Below are positions 30,253 to 39,751 of a stretch of DNA of 64,000 nucleotides, one piece after another (within the stretch, counting starts at the first letter, position 1; each line of letters opens with the position of its first letter). Both the position numbers and the translations under genes were made by a program. The notes under the pieces were generated by a model. The model worked only from the letters and a program-made list of their open reading frames with translations, had not been told where the DNA came from and ran no database searches. The DNA comes from an uncultured Chloroflexia bacterium (GTDB lineage: Bacteria > Chloroflexota > Limnocylindria > Limnocylindrales > CSP1-4), in the NCBI GenBank assembly GCA_963752475.1, contig CAVVYR010000019.1, positions 96,001 to 160,000 on the forward strand, written 5' to 3'.

Positions 30253-31909
30253 ATGCAGCGGACCACACGAGTCATGACCATGATCGCGGTGCTCGTGTTG
30301 GCCATCACGATCCCAACCGGAGCCCAGGAGGCTGCACCGGAGGCCGAGGTGGCGTCCAGCGACGCAGTGCCGGTACTCGTGGCTGATGCCGAGTTCTTCG
30401 GGATCGACCTCGCGCTCGACGCCGAAGGCCATCGACACCTCGCGGCCAGTCAGGTATTCCAGGACGACCGCGACACGAAGAACGTGTACGAGGGGCTGAG
30501 GCGCGATCTCTGGTATGGCACCGACCGCGATGGCTCCTGGGTGATGCAGCGGCTCCTCGAGGGTGATGTCGAAGCCGGGCTGGGCTGGACCGACCCCTCC
30601 ATCGCGGTGGATGCCGATGGCAGCGTCCACATCGCCGTGGTTCATGACCACGTCGGCAGCACACCCGGGCACACCGAGGGCATCTTCTACCTGAGCGACA
30701 AGGACCGTGTGCCGGGTGACTTCGGTGAACCGGTGAGGCTGGCTCGTCCCGGCATGAACGAGCCGTCTCTCGCCGTCGTGGATGGCACTCGCTACCTCGC
30801 CTACAGCAAGCTCGGGCGCCTCGGAGAGCCGCCCCCACCGGCCCCCGTCTTCGTCAAGACCGACCGCTCCGGTGAGTGGATGACGCATCGAATCGCCGAC
30901 TTCGGTCATTCACCTGTCCTGCGAGTCGACCCCATCGGTCGCGCGCACATCATCTACCAGGGCGCCACTCGGGATGGCCAGCAGGTGTTCCTGCGTTACG
31001 TTCGGGTCGACCCTGAGACCGGCGAGCCCACGAAGCCGAGACGCATCCCGGCGACCGGCGACGTTTGGTACGGCATCGATCTCGCGCTCGATCCACATGG
31101 TCGACCGCACGTCACCTGGGAGACGGAGAAGGACATCCTCTGGGCCGTAGCGCACTTCCGACGGCTGGAGCCGTCCCGAGGGCCTGGGGGTGCGTCGCTA
31201 CGACTGGCAGTCACTCGCGGTCGACGAGCTCGGTCAACCCCATGTCCTTTTCAGCGGGCGCGGCGGTGGCGATGCAGGTCGCGGCATCATCCACGCTCAA
31301 CGAGGTGCAGGGACATGGCCGCAGTCGGCCATCGTCGATGCCGTCGGGTGGACGCAAGTGGCCAGCGCGGTCATCGGCCAGGACGTGACGATCGCATGGG
31401 CTCCCACCGGCAAGGGCAAGGGTCTCTGGGTCTACGGGCCGATCCCGAGTGCGGGTACGGAGGCGACGGAGGCACACGCAGCGCTCGAAGACCTGTCCGA
31501 CCTCATCCCGTACGTCGGGTGCACGCCCTTCACCGAGCAGGGTGCCAACGATCCCTTCAGCTACGGCGCCCTTGCGGCTCATCCATTGCGCTACCCCGGC
31601 GCGGGATGTGCGACAGGCGGCACTGTTCCGCTTCCCCGCGGTCGGTCCCATGACCGATTACTGGCGCTGGCGTGTGCGGCAGATCGACCCGAAGCCGCCG
31701 ACCCGAGACGGTGCCTGCGGCGACGGCCGGAAGGGACTGACGAGCTGGGAGCACGGCGAGCTCGTCTGCTACGTTGCGAAGCCGTCGAGGGCGGCGAAGC
31801 TGCGCTGGACGGACGAGCGCACCAGCACCTACGGGGTCCTCGACGGGAGCGATCGCGACATCGAGCGTCTCCACGCCGTGTGGAAGGCGCTGGTCGCCGA
31901 GGGGGATAG
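30253..31909 (+). CDS. secreted beta-propeller-like protein with Cys-containing C-terminal domain (frameshifts near 31150 and 31600)
   Basis: Signal peptide; repeated [S/D]LA[V/L]D.xG..H[I/V] blades. Confidence 0.55.
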
Positions 31910-31977
31910 AGGAGACGCTCCAGCCGGGTGAGCCTGTGGGCCATGTGGCCGCCGGACCGTGGGGCTGCCGCAGCTCG

Positions 31978-32070
31978 TTATCGGGCGTCCGGCTCCCAGA
32001 TCTCCATCGTGGCGAAGATGTCCGTATGGTCAGCGGTGCCGCCGGCGACCAGGACGCGACCGTCGGCCTT
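31978..32070 (-). pseudogene. Kelch-repeat 3' remnant
   Basis: KADGRVLVAGGTADHTDIFATMEIWEPDAR*. Confidence 0.5.
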
Positions 32071-32368
32071 TGAGCGATCGGAGCATGGTCGTAGAGATAG
32101 TTGGTGACGCGGCTAGCCTTCCGCCGAAGCTGGCTGAGGCCGACCCTTTGGACCTCTGGATCGTGCTGGGGGCGGCGGCTCCCGACGACAGCTTGTGCCG
32201 ATTACTGGACCATGGCGAGCTTCGGCTGGTCTGAGTGACCGCCCGAGCCTCTGAGCTGCCCCGGCATGTGACGGGCCGACCACCCCGAGCTGATCGGCCG
32301 ATCTCGTGGGCGACGTTCCTTCGATGCGACCGTCAGAGTGCCTGGGTGCCTAGACTGTGGCTCGTCGC

Positions 32369-32407
32369 GCCCCCGTAGCTCAGGGGACTAGAGCAGCCGC
32401 CTTCTAA
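32369..32407 (+). repeat. duplicated 5' half of tRNA-Arg(UCU), ending after the anticodon loop (att-like site)
   Basis: GCCCCCGTAGCTCAGGGGACTAGAGCAGCCGCCTTCTAA matches 33946-33983 except for one extra T. Confidence 0.85.
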
Positions 32408-32596
32408 CAGTCGGAGCGTGAGCGGCGTGCTACCCCTCGTGGAGGGCTTGGCGGCGAGGCGGTTGTTAGTCGCTCAGTAGCAGGCCCAGGTTCGCGTTGC
32501 TAGCCTGCCAGCCTGCTAGCCCCGGGCGCCGGGTTATGCTCCCTGTGCAGAGTCGCCAGCCCATCCATCATCGTGAGGCTGAGGTCGGGAGGTAGC

Positions 32597-33790
32597 GTGG
32601 ATAGCATCGACGTCCTGGGCGTGAGACCGGAGCGGCGGCAGGCGTTCACGGGCGAGCTCCTCGCAGTGGTTGATGACGCCGAGCTCCAGTTGATCGTCGA
32701 GACGGCTGCCCGCGAGCTCGAAGCCCCGATCGCGCTGGTGACCCTGGTGCTCGATCAGATCCAGTTCTTCCGAGCCCAGCACGGTCTGCCAGACGACCTC
32801 GCGGCTGCACGCGGCACCCACCGCGACGTCTCCTTCTGCCAGCTGGTCGTTCGCGACGAGGGAACGCTCGAGGTGACCGATGCGCCGAACGACACGCGTA
32901 TCCCGCAGCACTTCGTGAAGGAGTACGGCATCCGCTCGTACCTGGGTATTCCCATCCGGGTCGAGGACACCGTCGTCGGATCGCTCTGCGTGCTCGATAC
33001 CAAGCCGCGCAGCTTCACGGACAAAGAGCAGGAGGCGCTGGAGAAGCTCTCGTCATCGGTCGACGAACGCCTGTCGGTGTTGGCTTCGAAGCGACGTTCC
33101 GTTCGCGCAGAGCTGGCGGCAACGGCCACCGCGCCCGCGCTGGCGGAGCTCCGCGAGTCGCTGCAGCCCGTACGCCAGGGAGCCGAGGCTGGCTTGCCAG
33201 CGATCACAGCGATTCAAAGCTTCCTCCAACTGGCCAAGTTCGAGATGGCGGGTGGCTCAGTCCCTGCTGCCACGAGGGAGGGGACACTGGCCGCGGCGGT
33301 CACGGCCGCCGATGAATGCGACGACGTGCTCTATGGCATCCAGTCTTCCGTAGAGGACTGCGAGGACTGTGTCGCTGCCATCGAACATCTGAACACGCCC
33401 TCGGCTGATACTCGGCTCTCCGATGTGCTGATCTCCGTACAGGACCTTGTCCGCCAGAGCACGCGGACGGTCGGCGGCATGCCAGTGCCGGACCTGACCT
33501 ACGATCCCACCCTCTACACCCCGCGTCCGCTGGCCGTGGCGACCCTTGCCGGACTCATCAACAATGTCGCCGAACGCCTCGCGAGCCAGCCGCCGTCGGG
33601 TGGTCTACAACTCGGGGTCCGCGACCATGGCTCGACGGTGGAGGTCGGCATCTCAGCTGCTGCCCTCGATCACGACAGCGCAAGGAAGGCCAGCGAGCGC
33701 GTGAGCGAGCAACTCGGCGAAGACCCCTCGGTCGGCGTCCGAGTCGTGGAGAACACCATCCGGGTCGGTTTCGCCGTTCGGTCGGACTGA
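32597..33790 (+). CDS. GAF-domain protein with degenerate kinase-like C-terminus
   Basis: SFCQLVV..VTDAPNDTR..IRSYLGIPI..GSLCVLDTKPR GAF motifs; no H-box His seen. Confidence 0.75.
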   Translation: MDSIDVLGVRPERRQAFTGELLAVVDDAELQLIVETAARELEAPIALVTLVLDQIQFFRAQHGLPDDLAAARGTHRDVSFCQLVVRDEGTLEVTDAPNDTRIPQHFVKEYGIRSYLGIPIRVEDTVVGSLCVLDTKPRSFTDKEQEALEKLSSSVDERLSVLASKRRSVRAELAATATAPALAELRESLQPVRQGAEAGLPAITAIQSFLQLAKFEMAGGSVPAATREGTLAAAVTAADECDDVLYGIQSSVEDCEDCVAAIEHLNTPSADTRLSDVLISVQDLVRQSTRTVGGMPVPDLTYDPTLYTPRPLAVATLAGLINNVAERLASQPPSGGLQLGVRDHGSTVEVGISAAALDHDSARKASERVSEQLGEDPSVGVRVVENTIRVGFAVRSD

Positions 33791-33945
33791 GCCCTCCGGA
33801 TAGACGACACCAGGCGGCAGCGGCCGACGACGGCTCGGTCGATCGGCAAGCGAAGGCGGTCGCTCAGTCAGCGGCGTGCTAGCGGTGTAATCGAATCAGG
33901 TGATGGCCCAACGCTCGGCTTCGTGCGTAGACTGGGGTTCTTCGC

Positions 33946-34021
33946 GCCCCCGTAGCTCAGGGGACAGAGCAGCCGCCTTCTAAGCGGCCGGTCGCAGGTT
34001 CGAATCCTGCCGGGGGCGCCA
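33946..34021 (+). tRNA. tRNA-Arg(UCU)
   Basis: Full cloverleaf: GCCCCCG/CGGGGGC acceptor stem, GCCGC-CTTCTAA-GCGGC anticodon arm, GCAGG-TTCGAAT-CCTGC T arm, encoded CCA. Confidence 0.97.
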
Positions 34022-34340
34022 CAACCACCTCAGGCATCAAGGGTGCCAGTCCGTGCGCGTATGCCGCCGGCGTGAGTCGGGCCTCGATGAATTCCGGCCC
34101 GGCCACGACGATGCGCTCGTAGATCGCGCGTAGGAGGCCAGCCTTCGCTTCGGGAGCGTCGGCTGATCGGAGGGTCTCACCCAGCGCTCGCAACCACTCT
34201 GCAGCCCGTTTCGCCGGGGCTCGCCCAGCCTCTGGCGAGTCGTACTCGGCTAGACGGGAGCGAGGGTCCTTGGATCGTGCAAGGTAGACATCGTCGCCGA
34301 TGGTTGCCGCGGCGTGTTCCAGCGCCAGCAACGAATCGCC
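33957..34340 (-). pseudogene. probable C-terminal remnant of a large serine recombinase, reading into the tRNA 3' half
   Basis: LALEHAAATIGDDVYLAR...KAGLLRAIYERIVV.. resembles the LSR coiled-coil/C-terminal 'L..LI.RI.V' segment; no catalytic domain present. Confidence 0.5.
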
Positions 34341-34651
34341 ATGTCCAACGGGTTTGGTCTGGTCGTCGCCGCCATGGCGCAGGCAGCCGAGGCGGCGTGC
34401 CCCGTTAGGGCTACTCCCCTTCGCGTAGACTGTCGCTCGACCATGCTAGCCTGACCGCACCACGCCAGGGGGCAGGGAGGCTCCCCATGCGGCCAGAAGT
34501 GACGTCGAGCGCTGGGAATCCACCGTCCATGGGTGTAGCATCACGTGTCCGATCGGACGTTGGTTCCTGCTTGCGATGAAGTCCGATACCTCGCGCATCA
34601 GGTTTCTGCCCTATAGGGTCCGATCGGATTGCAGAAGGAGGAGAGGCGAAG

Positions 34652-35932
34652 ATGTCCAAGTCGCTCACAAGCCGCGGGGTAGCTCTCGCCAGCGCGGTCG
34701 TCCTCAGCGTCATGCTGGCTCTGCCGGCGGTGGCTGTGGCGCAAGACAGCGCCAAGGTGCGGGTGCTCCATGGAGTGGGGGATGCCCCTGCCGTCGACGT
34801 GTACGCCGCTCGCGACAAGATCGTCGACGGGCTGGCGTTCGGCGAGATCACCGACTACTTGACTGTCCCCGCGGGCTCGTACCGCATCCGAGTGTTGCCC
34901 AGTGGTGAACCACTGAAGGGCACCGAGCCGGTCGTGGACGCCAAGCTCACCTTCGATGGCGGGACGATGTCGACGGTCGCTGCAACGGGCAGCCTCGCCG
35001 AGCTCGTACCCCAGGTCGTCTCTGACGACCCGGCCCCCACGGTGGAGAACGCTCAGATCCGCGTTTCGCACCTTGCGCTGGCGCCGGCTGTCGATATCGC
35101 CATCAAGGACGGCGACGTCGTCGTCCCTGGTCTCGCCTATCCGGACAGCTCCGGCTACCTCGATGTGCCGCCCGGCACGTACACCTTCGAGATCCGTGCT
35201 GCCGGCACCGAGGACGTGGTTACCGAGGTCGGCCCGATCGATCTGGCGGCTGGCACCAGCTACACCGCTTCGGCGGTCGGCGATCTCGCCGAAGGGTCCT
35301 TCATGGTGGTCCCGTCGGTGGACGCATCCATCCCCACCACAGCGCAGATCAGGGTCCTGCATGGCTCGCCCGACGCGCCGGCGGTGGACGTTGTGCTGAA
35401 TGGCGCACGCGTCTTCGGCAACATCCCCTTTGGCCAGAGCTCTCCCTACCTCACCGTGCCGGTGGGCATGAACAACATCCGCATCGTCCCGGCTGGTGGT
35501 CCTGAGGACGCACCGGTGCTGGAGGCGGACCTCGACCTCGAAGGCGACTCCCGTACCACGATCGTGGCCAGCAACGCGCTCGACATGATCGAAGCCAACG
35601 TCTTCTCCGATAGCACGGAGACGCGGGCCAAGCGTGCACTGCTGCGCATCGCACATCTGAGCGCTGATGCCCCCGCGGTGGATATCGCGCCTGATGGCTC
35701 CAAGCCCAAGGACGCGCTGCTGAAGGCTGTGGCCTACCAGGACGCCTCTGGGTATCTTCCGCTCAAGGCCGGCGAGTACGACCTCGATGTCCGAAACCCG
35801 GGCAAGAAGGGTGTCATCGCCGATCTGGACCCGGTGCGCGTTGCGAAGGGCACCAACTACAGCGCGTACGCCATCGGTTCGCCGGCGGACGGTAGCTTCC
35901 AAGTGGTGATCCTCGTGGACGCGGAGGCCTAG
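34652..35932 (+). CDS. secreted DUF4397 repeat protein
   Basis: Signal peptide; four repeats of [V/I]R[V/I].H...[D]APAVD[V/I]. Confidence 0.85.
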   Translation: MSKSLTSRGVALASAVVLSVMLALPAVAVAQDSAKVRVLHGVGDAPAVDVYAARDKIVDGLAFGEITDYLTVPAGSYRIRVLPSGEPLKGTEPVVDAKLTFDGGTMSTVAATGSLAELVPQVVSDDPAPTVENAQIRVSHLALAPAVDIAIKDGDVVVPGLAYPDSSGYLDVPPGTYTFEIRAAGTEDVVTEVGPIDLAAGTSYTASAVGDLAEGSFMVVPSVDASIPTTAQIRVLHGSPDAPAVDVVLNGARVFGNIPFGQSSPYLTVPVGMNNIRIVPAGGPEDAPVLEADLDLEGDSRTTIVASNALDMIEANVFSDSTETRAKRALLRIAHLSADAPAVDIAPDGSKPKDALLKAVAYQDASGYLPLKAGEYDLDVRNPGKKGVIADLDPVRVAKGTNYSAYAIGSPADGSFQVVILVDAEA

Positions 35933-35985
35933 CGACCACCTGACCGAAGACGCCGATACGCGTGTTCGGCTCGATACGGATAGCA

Positions 35986-36019
35986 GAACAGGACCCCGAC
36001 AGCAGCCGGGGTCCTGTTC
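35986..36019. terminator. hairpin terminator
   Basis: GAACAGGACCCCG...CGGGGTCCTGTTC between convergent genes. Confidence 0.7.
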
Positions 36020-36070
36020 CTATTCGGCGGTCCTGATGACCTAACCGACGTCAGGCTGATCGCGTTCGTC

Positions 36071-36289
36071 CTACCTCGGATCGAGTGATGTCGCCGCTGG
36101 CGTAGCCGAAGCTCTTGCAGACAAGGTCGTAGCGGCCGAGGCCCCGCTGTGGCGTGTGGGGCAGCGATCTTCCCAGCCGTGCGTGCCGCTGCAGCGATAG
36201 CACCAGGCACTCGCGCGAGCCGGCCAACCGGCCTTCGGTTCGCGTCGTCCGATGGTGCGTCCGTGCTTGCCCGAGCCGTGCTTGGTCAT
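36071..36289 (-). CDS. small basic Cys/His protein (CYRC..H....C)
   Basis: AGAAGGAG RBS 6 nt before ATG; operator copy upstream. Confidence 0.55.
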   Translation of the reverse strand: MTKHGSGKHGRTIGRREPKAGWPARASAWCYRCSGTHGWEDRCPTRHSGASAATTLSARASATPAATSLDPR

Positions 36290-36345
36290 CGAGGGCTCCT
36301 TCTGCTACCGGCCATATCCTCTGATCCGAGAGGGAACGAAGATTG

Positions 36346-36362
36346 TACGACACTCTGTCGTA
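36346..36362. promoter_or_regulatory. TACGAC-N5-GTCGTA operator (remote copy)
   Basis: TACGACACTCTGTCGTA; same half-sites as the three copies at 40170-40228. Confidence 0.7.
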
Positions 36363-36443
36363 TCGAGCCGTGACGGAGGATCCGACGGGTAGCAGAAGGA
36401 GCCCGTCGCGACGCGGCGGGCCCCGGGTGCGGCTGGTCGTGAG

Positions 36444-37541
36444 CTAGAGGTTGATGTCGACCTCGAGGACATGGGGCTCGTCGCCCCGTTCGTCGGAGTC
36501 GTCCGAGTAGGGGTCATCGTCAGGGTCACTCGGCGAGCCGGACTGGATAGCGATGACGTTGTCCACGTCCTTGACGAACGCGTCGACGATCCGGCTCTGC
36601 GGGTTGGACGCGGCCCTCTTGATCGTCGCTCCGTCGGTCTCTTCGAAGTAGACCTCCTTTGCGTCGTCGACCCAGAGGTGCCTGCCGTCCTTCGAGGACA
36701 CGTCGACCCGCTTCGACCCAGCCTCGTCGACGTGCATGATCTCGTGAGTCTTCTTCCGCCACTCGCCGAACGGTGCCGGCTTGCTCGGTGTGCCGGGCCA
36801 GAGCTCCTTGGGGAACTTGTCCATCTTGATGGTGTCGCCCTGGCTCACCACCCCGTCGAGGTTGGTGTCGACGATCTTGGCGATGAGCACGTCGCCGTCC
36901 GTGTAGCCGGCCTTGCCGTCGATGTCGGAGTAGGCGACCACGAGGTCGGCGGGCACGGGAACCACCGGAGCCGCTGCCGCCGGCGGCAGCTCGCAGTCGA
37001 TCTTCACGCCCATACCCGCACCCTGCGAGCAGAGGTCGACACCGACGCCACCGGCGAGCGTGTCATCACCCTTGCCACCGCCGATCACATCAGGCCCGAG
37101 CCCGCCGAAGAGCACGTCATTGCTGGGCCCGCCGAACAGCCGGTCGACACCGCCGTTGCCTGCGACCAGGTCGCTCCCGGCTCCGCCGAAGACGTAGTCG
37201 GCTCCTGCGCCGCCGAAGAGCCGGTCGTCGCCGACCTGGCCGGCGATCCTGTCGGAACCAGCGTTGCCCGCGACCCGGTCGTCGCCGGCCCCGGCGCAGA
37301 TGATGTCGTTGCCACCACGGCCGATGATGATGTCGTTGCCGGCCCGAGCCACGATGACATCGCGCTTGGCTGAACCCAAGAGCACGTCAGCCTTGTCCGT
37401 GCCGACGATCGTGGCCTTCTGGCCCATGCACGTCGGCTTGGCCGCAGCCGCTGGTCCGGCCAGAGCGGTGACAGCCAGCGCGGTCACCACGGTCGAGGAG
37501 ATGAGTACCGCACCACCACGGCGGAGCTGATGTCGGATCAC
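36444..37541 (-). CDS. secreted protein with hemolysin-type (RTX) Ca-binding repeats
   Basis: Signal peptide, TCMGQKATIVGT, about ten GGxGxDxLx nonapeptides, Dx[D/N]xDG motifs. Confidence 0.85.
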   Translation of the reverse strand: MIRHQLRRGGAVLISSTVVTALAVTALAGPAAAAKPTCMGQKATIVGTDKADVLLGSAKRDVIVARAGNDIIIGRGGNDIICAGAGDDRVAGNAGSDRIAGQVGDDRLFGGAGADYVFGGAGSDLVAGNGGVDRLFGGPSNDVLFGGLGPDVIGGGKGDDTLAGGVGVDLCSQGAGMGVKIDCELPPAAAAPVVPVPADLVVAYSDIDGKAGYTDGDVLIAKIVDTNLDGVVSQGDTIKMDKFPKELWPGTPSKPAPFGEWRKKTHEIMHVDEAGSKRVDVSSKDGRHLWVDDAKEVYFEETDGATIKRAASNPQSRIVDAFVKDVDNVIAIQSGSPSDPDDDPYSDDSDERGDEPHVLEVDINL

Positions 37542-37688
37542 TGGAGCAAAGCCCTCCTGTGTTGCGTATGAGCCTGGGGGGCTAGGCGAGACTGAGTCTC
37601 AATACTGCTACTCCAGCCGAGGTGACGCAAGCGTGTGTAGCCTTGTGGCATTCAGATAGCGTTGCCGCCGCATACGGGAGAGCGACCG

Positions 37689-38153
37689 ATGACCGAATCG
37701 AAGCCGCCGAGGGTGCCGCCGCGATGGTTCGTCCGCATGGCCTGGGCGTTCCACCGTGGCTACTATCGAGTCACCGGCGGACGCCGCGGCCTCTGGAAGC
37801 CCAAGCCGGGCAAGTGGGGCACGATGCGTCTGACCACCATCGGCCGCAAGTCCGGCGCCGAACGGGTGGCCATCCTGGGCTACTTCGAGGACGGCCAGAA
37901 CCTCGTGACCATGGCCATGAACGGCTGGGGTGAAGGCGCCCCGGCATGGTGGCTCAACCTGCAGGCGAACCCCGACGTCACCGCCGAGACCAAGGACGGC
38001 GTCTTCGCGGTCCACGGTCGAGCCGCTGAAGGAGAGGAGCACGACCGGCTCTGGGCCACGTTCGGCGAGTTCGGCGACGATGACCTCGATGCCTACGCCG
38101 ACGCGCGTGCGACCGAGACGCCGGTGGTCGTGTTGGAGCCGCGAGCGGGCTAG
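37689..38153 (+). CDS. deazaflavin (F420H2)-dependent nitroreductase family protein
   Basis: LTTIGRKSG..R, PAWWLNLQANP, RETPVVVL. Confidence 0.85.
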   Translation: MTESKPPRVPPRWFVRMAWAFHRGYYRVTGGRRGLWKPKPGKWGTMRLTTIGRKSGAERVAILGYFEDGQNLVTMAMNGWGEGAPAWWLNLQANPDVTAETKDGVFAVHGRAAEGEEHDRLWATFGEFGDDDLDAYADARATETPVVVLEPRAG

Positions 38154-39751
38154 GCGGGATCGCGAACGACGACCGACTCGCAGCGGGTGGCCGCGTCCGT
38201 GCTGTCGATGACGGCGTGATCGTCACCGCTGCCGCAATCGACGACGTCTGGTGTGCCGTCGGCCCAGGTGCGAACGATGTCGTCGCCGGCGCCGGCCTTG
38301 ATGGTGTCCTTGCCCGCGCCACCCTGGATCGTGTCCGCACCGGCACCCCCGTGGATGATGTCCGCACCGGCTCCACCACCGATGATGTCGCGGCCAGGGC
38401 CGCCCCTGAGCTCATCGGCGCCGTTGCCGCCGCGAAGCCTGTCGGCGCCTGCGCCACCGTCGATGACGTCACGGCCGGGACCACCGCCGATGGTGTCGCC
38501 ACCGGCGAGTCCTGCGAACGTCTCGTCCGCTCCGGTGCCGGTGACAGAGTCCGCGCTCGCTGTCCCGGTGTAGCGGCCGTCGGAGCTGATGCGGCCGCTG
38601 ACGAACCGTGTCACGGGAGCCGTGATGACCGGGTCGTCGTCCGGGGTCGTGGTCGGGAGAGGGGGAGCAGCGTCGTCGACCGTGAGGGTCTCGCTCGGCT
38701 GGTCCGCCGCGGTGGCCGCCGTGACCTCCGGGTCGACCGGGGTCTCGGGGGAGGATGACGGGCTCGCCGGATCGGCGGCGCTGACGCCGACGGTCATGAG
38801 CAGCATGGCCACGCCGACCGAACCGGCGACCACGGCGCGCGGTGCTCGATGGTCGCGCGCGGGCGAGATGATGCGCGTGAAACGGTGCTCGAGTGAACGC
38901 GCCGCGTCGATGCCGGTGGCCAGGGCTGGTGTGGTCCCTCGTGGGCTGGCCATGACCTCGACGACGGTCAGCAGGGTGCGCGCGTAGGCGCGAGGCTGGC
39001 CCTGAAGGTAGTCGAGGACCAGAGCGTCGCAAGCATCCTCTTCGTCTCGCCGCAGGTTGCGACGGGCCCACCACACGACGGGGTTCCACCAGAACGCGAC
39101 CGAAGCCAGCCACTCGAGCCAGCGCACGATGTGGTCACGACGCTTGATATGAGCCAGTTCATGAGCGAGGATCCAGCGCAGCTGAGCGTCATCAACCTCG
39201 TTGCGCAGCGCCTTCGGCAGGACCACTCGGACGCGTCCGCCACTCCACCAGGTCATGGGTGCGAGGCGCGCGGCCGAGACGTGGATCCCGGGTACCGTCT
39301 TCATATCGAGTTCGTAGGCCACGCTCTCTGCCAGTTGCTGGATGCCTGGTGGCGCCGGCCGGCAGGAGCTCCGCAGCAATCGCCCGAAACGGACGATGCG
39401 CCGGGTCGACGCCGCGAGCATCAAGACGCTGCCGGTGAGCCAGACCCCGATGAGTAGCAGTGGCAGGTTCGCCGTCAGCCAGCTCCCGGCCGCGGCACCC
39501 GCGTCGAGGACGGGGGCGACACCCGGGCTGACAGCCGCCGGTGTCACGACCGCCTCCGCCACGGCGACCTGCGGGACCGGCATGGCCAGCGTCAGCAACG
39601 GCGGCATGATCGCCGCGACCAGCGTCAGCACCCACAGGAGGTGCGCCAGCGCCGGGTAGCGGCCCTTCCGGTGGAGGCCGTAGGCCAGCAGGCCGACCGC
39701 TGCGGACAGCAGCAGGTTGTTGAGCCCGAGCCCCACCAGCGCGTCGGTCAA
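38150..39751 (-). CDS. BlaR1/MecR1-like M56 peptidase with C-terminal RTX Ca-binding repeats
   Basis: ILAHELAHIKRRD, FWWNPVVW, EEDACD; TM; GGxGxDxIx repeats. Confidence 0.88.
   Translation of the reverse strand: MTDALVGLGLNNLLLSAAVGLLAYGLHRKGRYPALAHLLWVLTLVAAIMPPLLTLAMPVPQVAVAEAVVTPAAVSPGVAPVLDAGAAAGSWLTANLPLLLIGVWLTGSVLMLAASTRRIVRFGRLLRSSCRPAPPGIQQLAESVAYELDMKTVPGIHVSAARLAPMTWWSGGRVRVVLPKALRNEVDDAQLRWILAHELAHIKRRDHIVRWLEWLASVAFWWNPVVWWARRNLRRDEEDACDALVLDYLQGQPRAYARTLLTVVEVMASPRGTTPALATGIDAARSLEHRFTRIISPARDHRAPRAVVAGSVGVAMLLMTVGVSAADPASPSSSPETPVDPEVTAATAADQPSETLTVDDAAPPLPTTTPDDDPVITAPVTRFVSGRISSDGRYTGTASADSVTGTGADETFAGLAGGDTIGGGPGRDVIDGGAGADRLRGGNGADELRGGPGRDIIGGGAGADIIHGGAGADTIQGGAGKDTIKAGAGDDIVRTWADGTPDVVDCGSGDDHAVIDSTDAATRCESVVVRDPA

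Noticed and set aside
31899-31911. GGGGATAGAG resembling the tRNA D-loop as a further att copy
   Set aside because: Match is about 10 nt, overlaps a stop codon and does not extend
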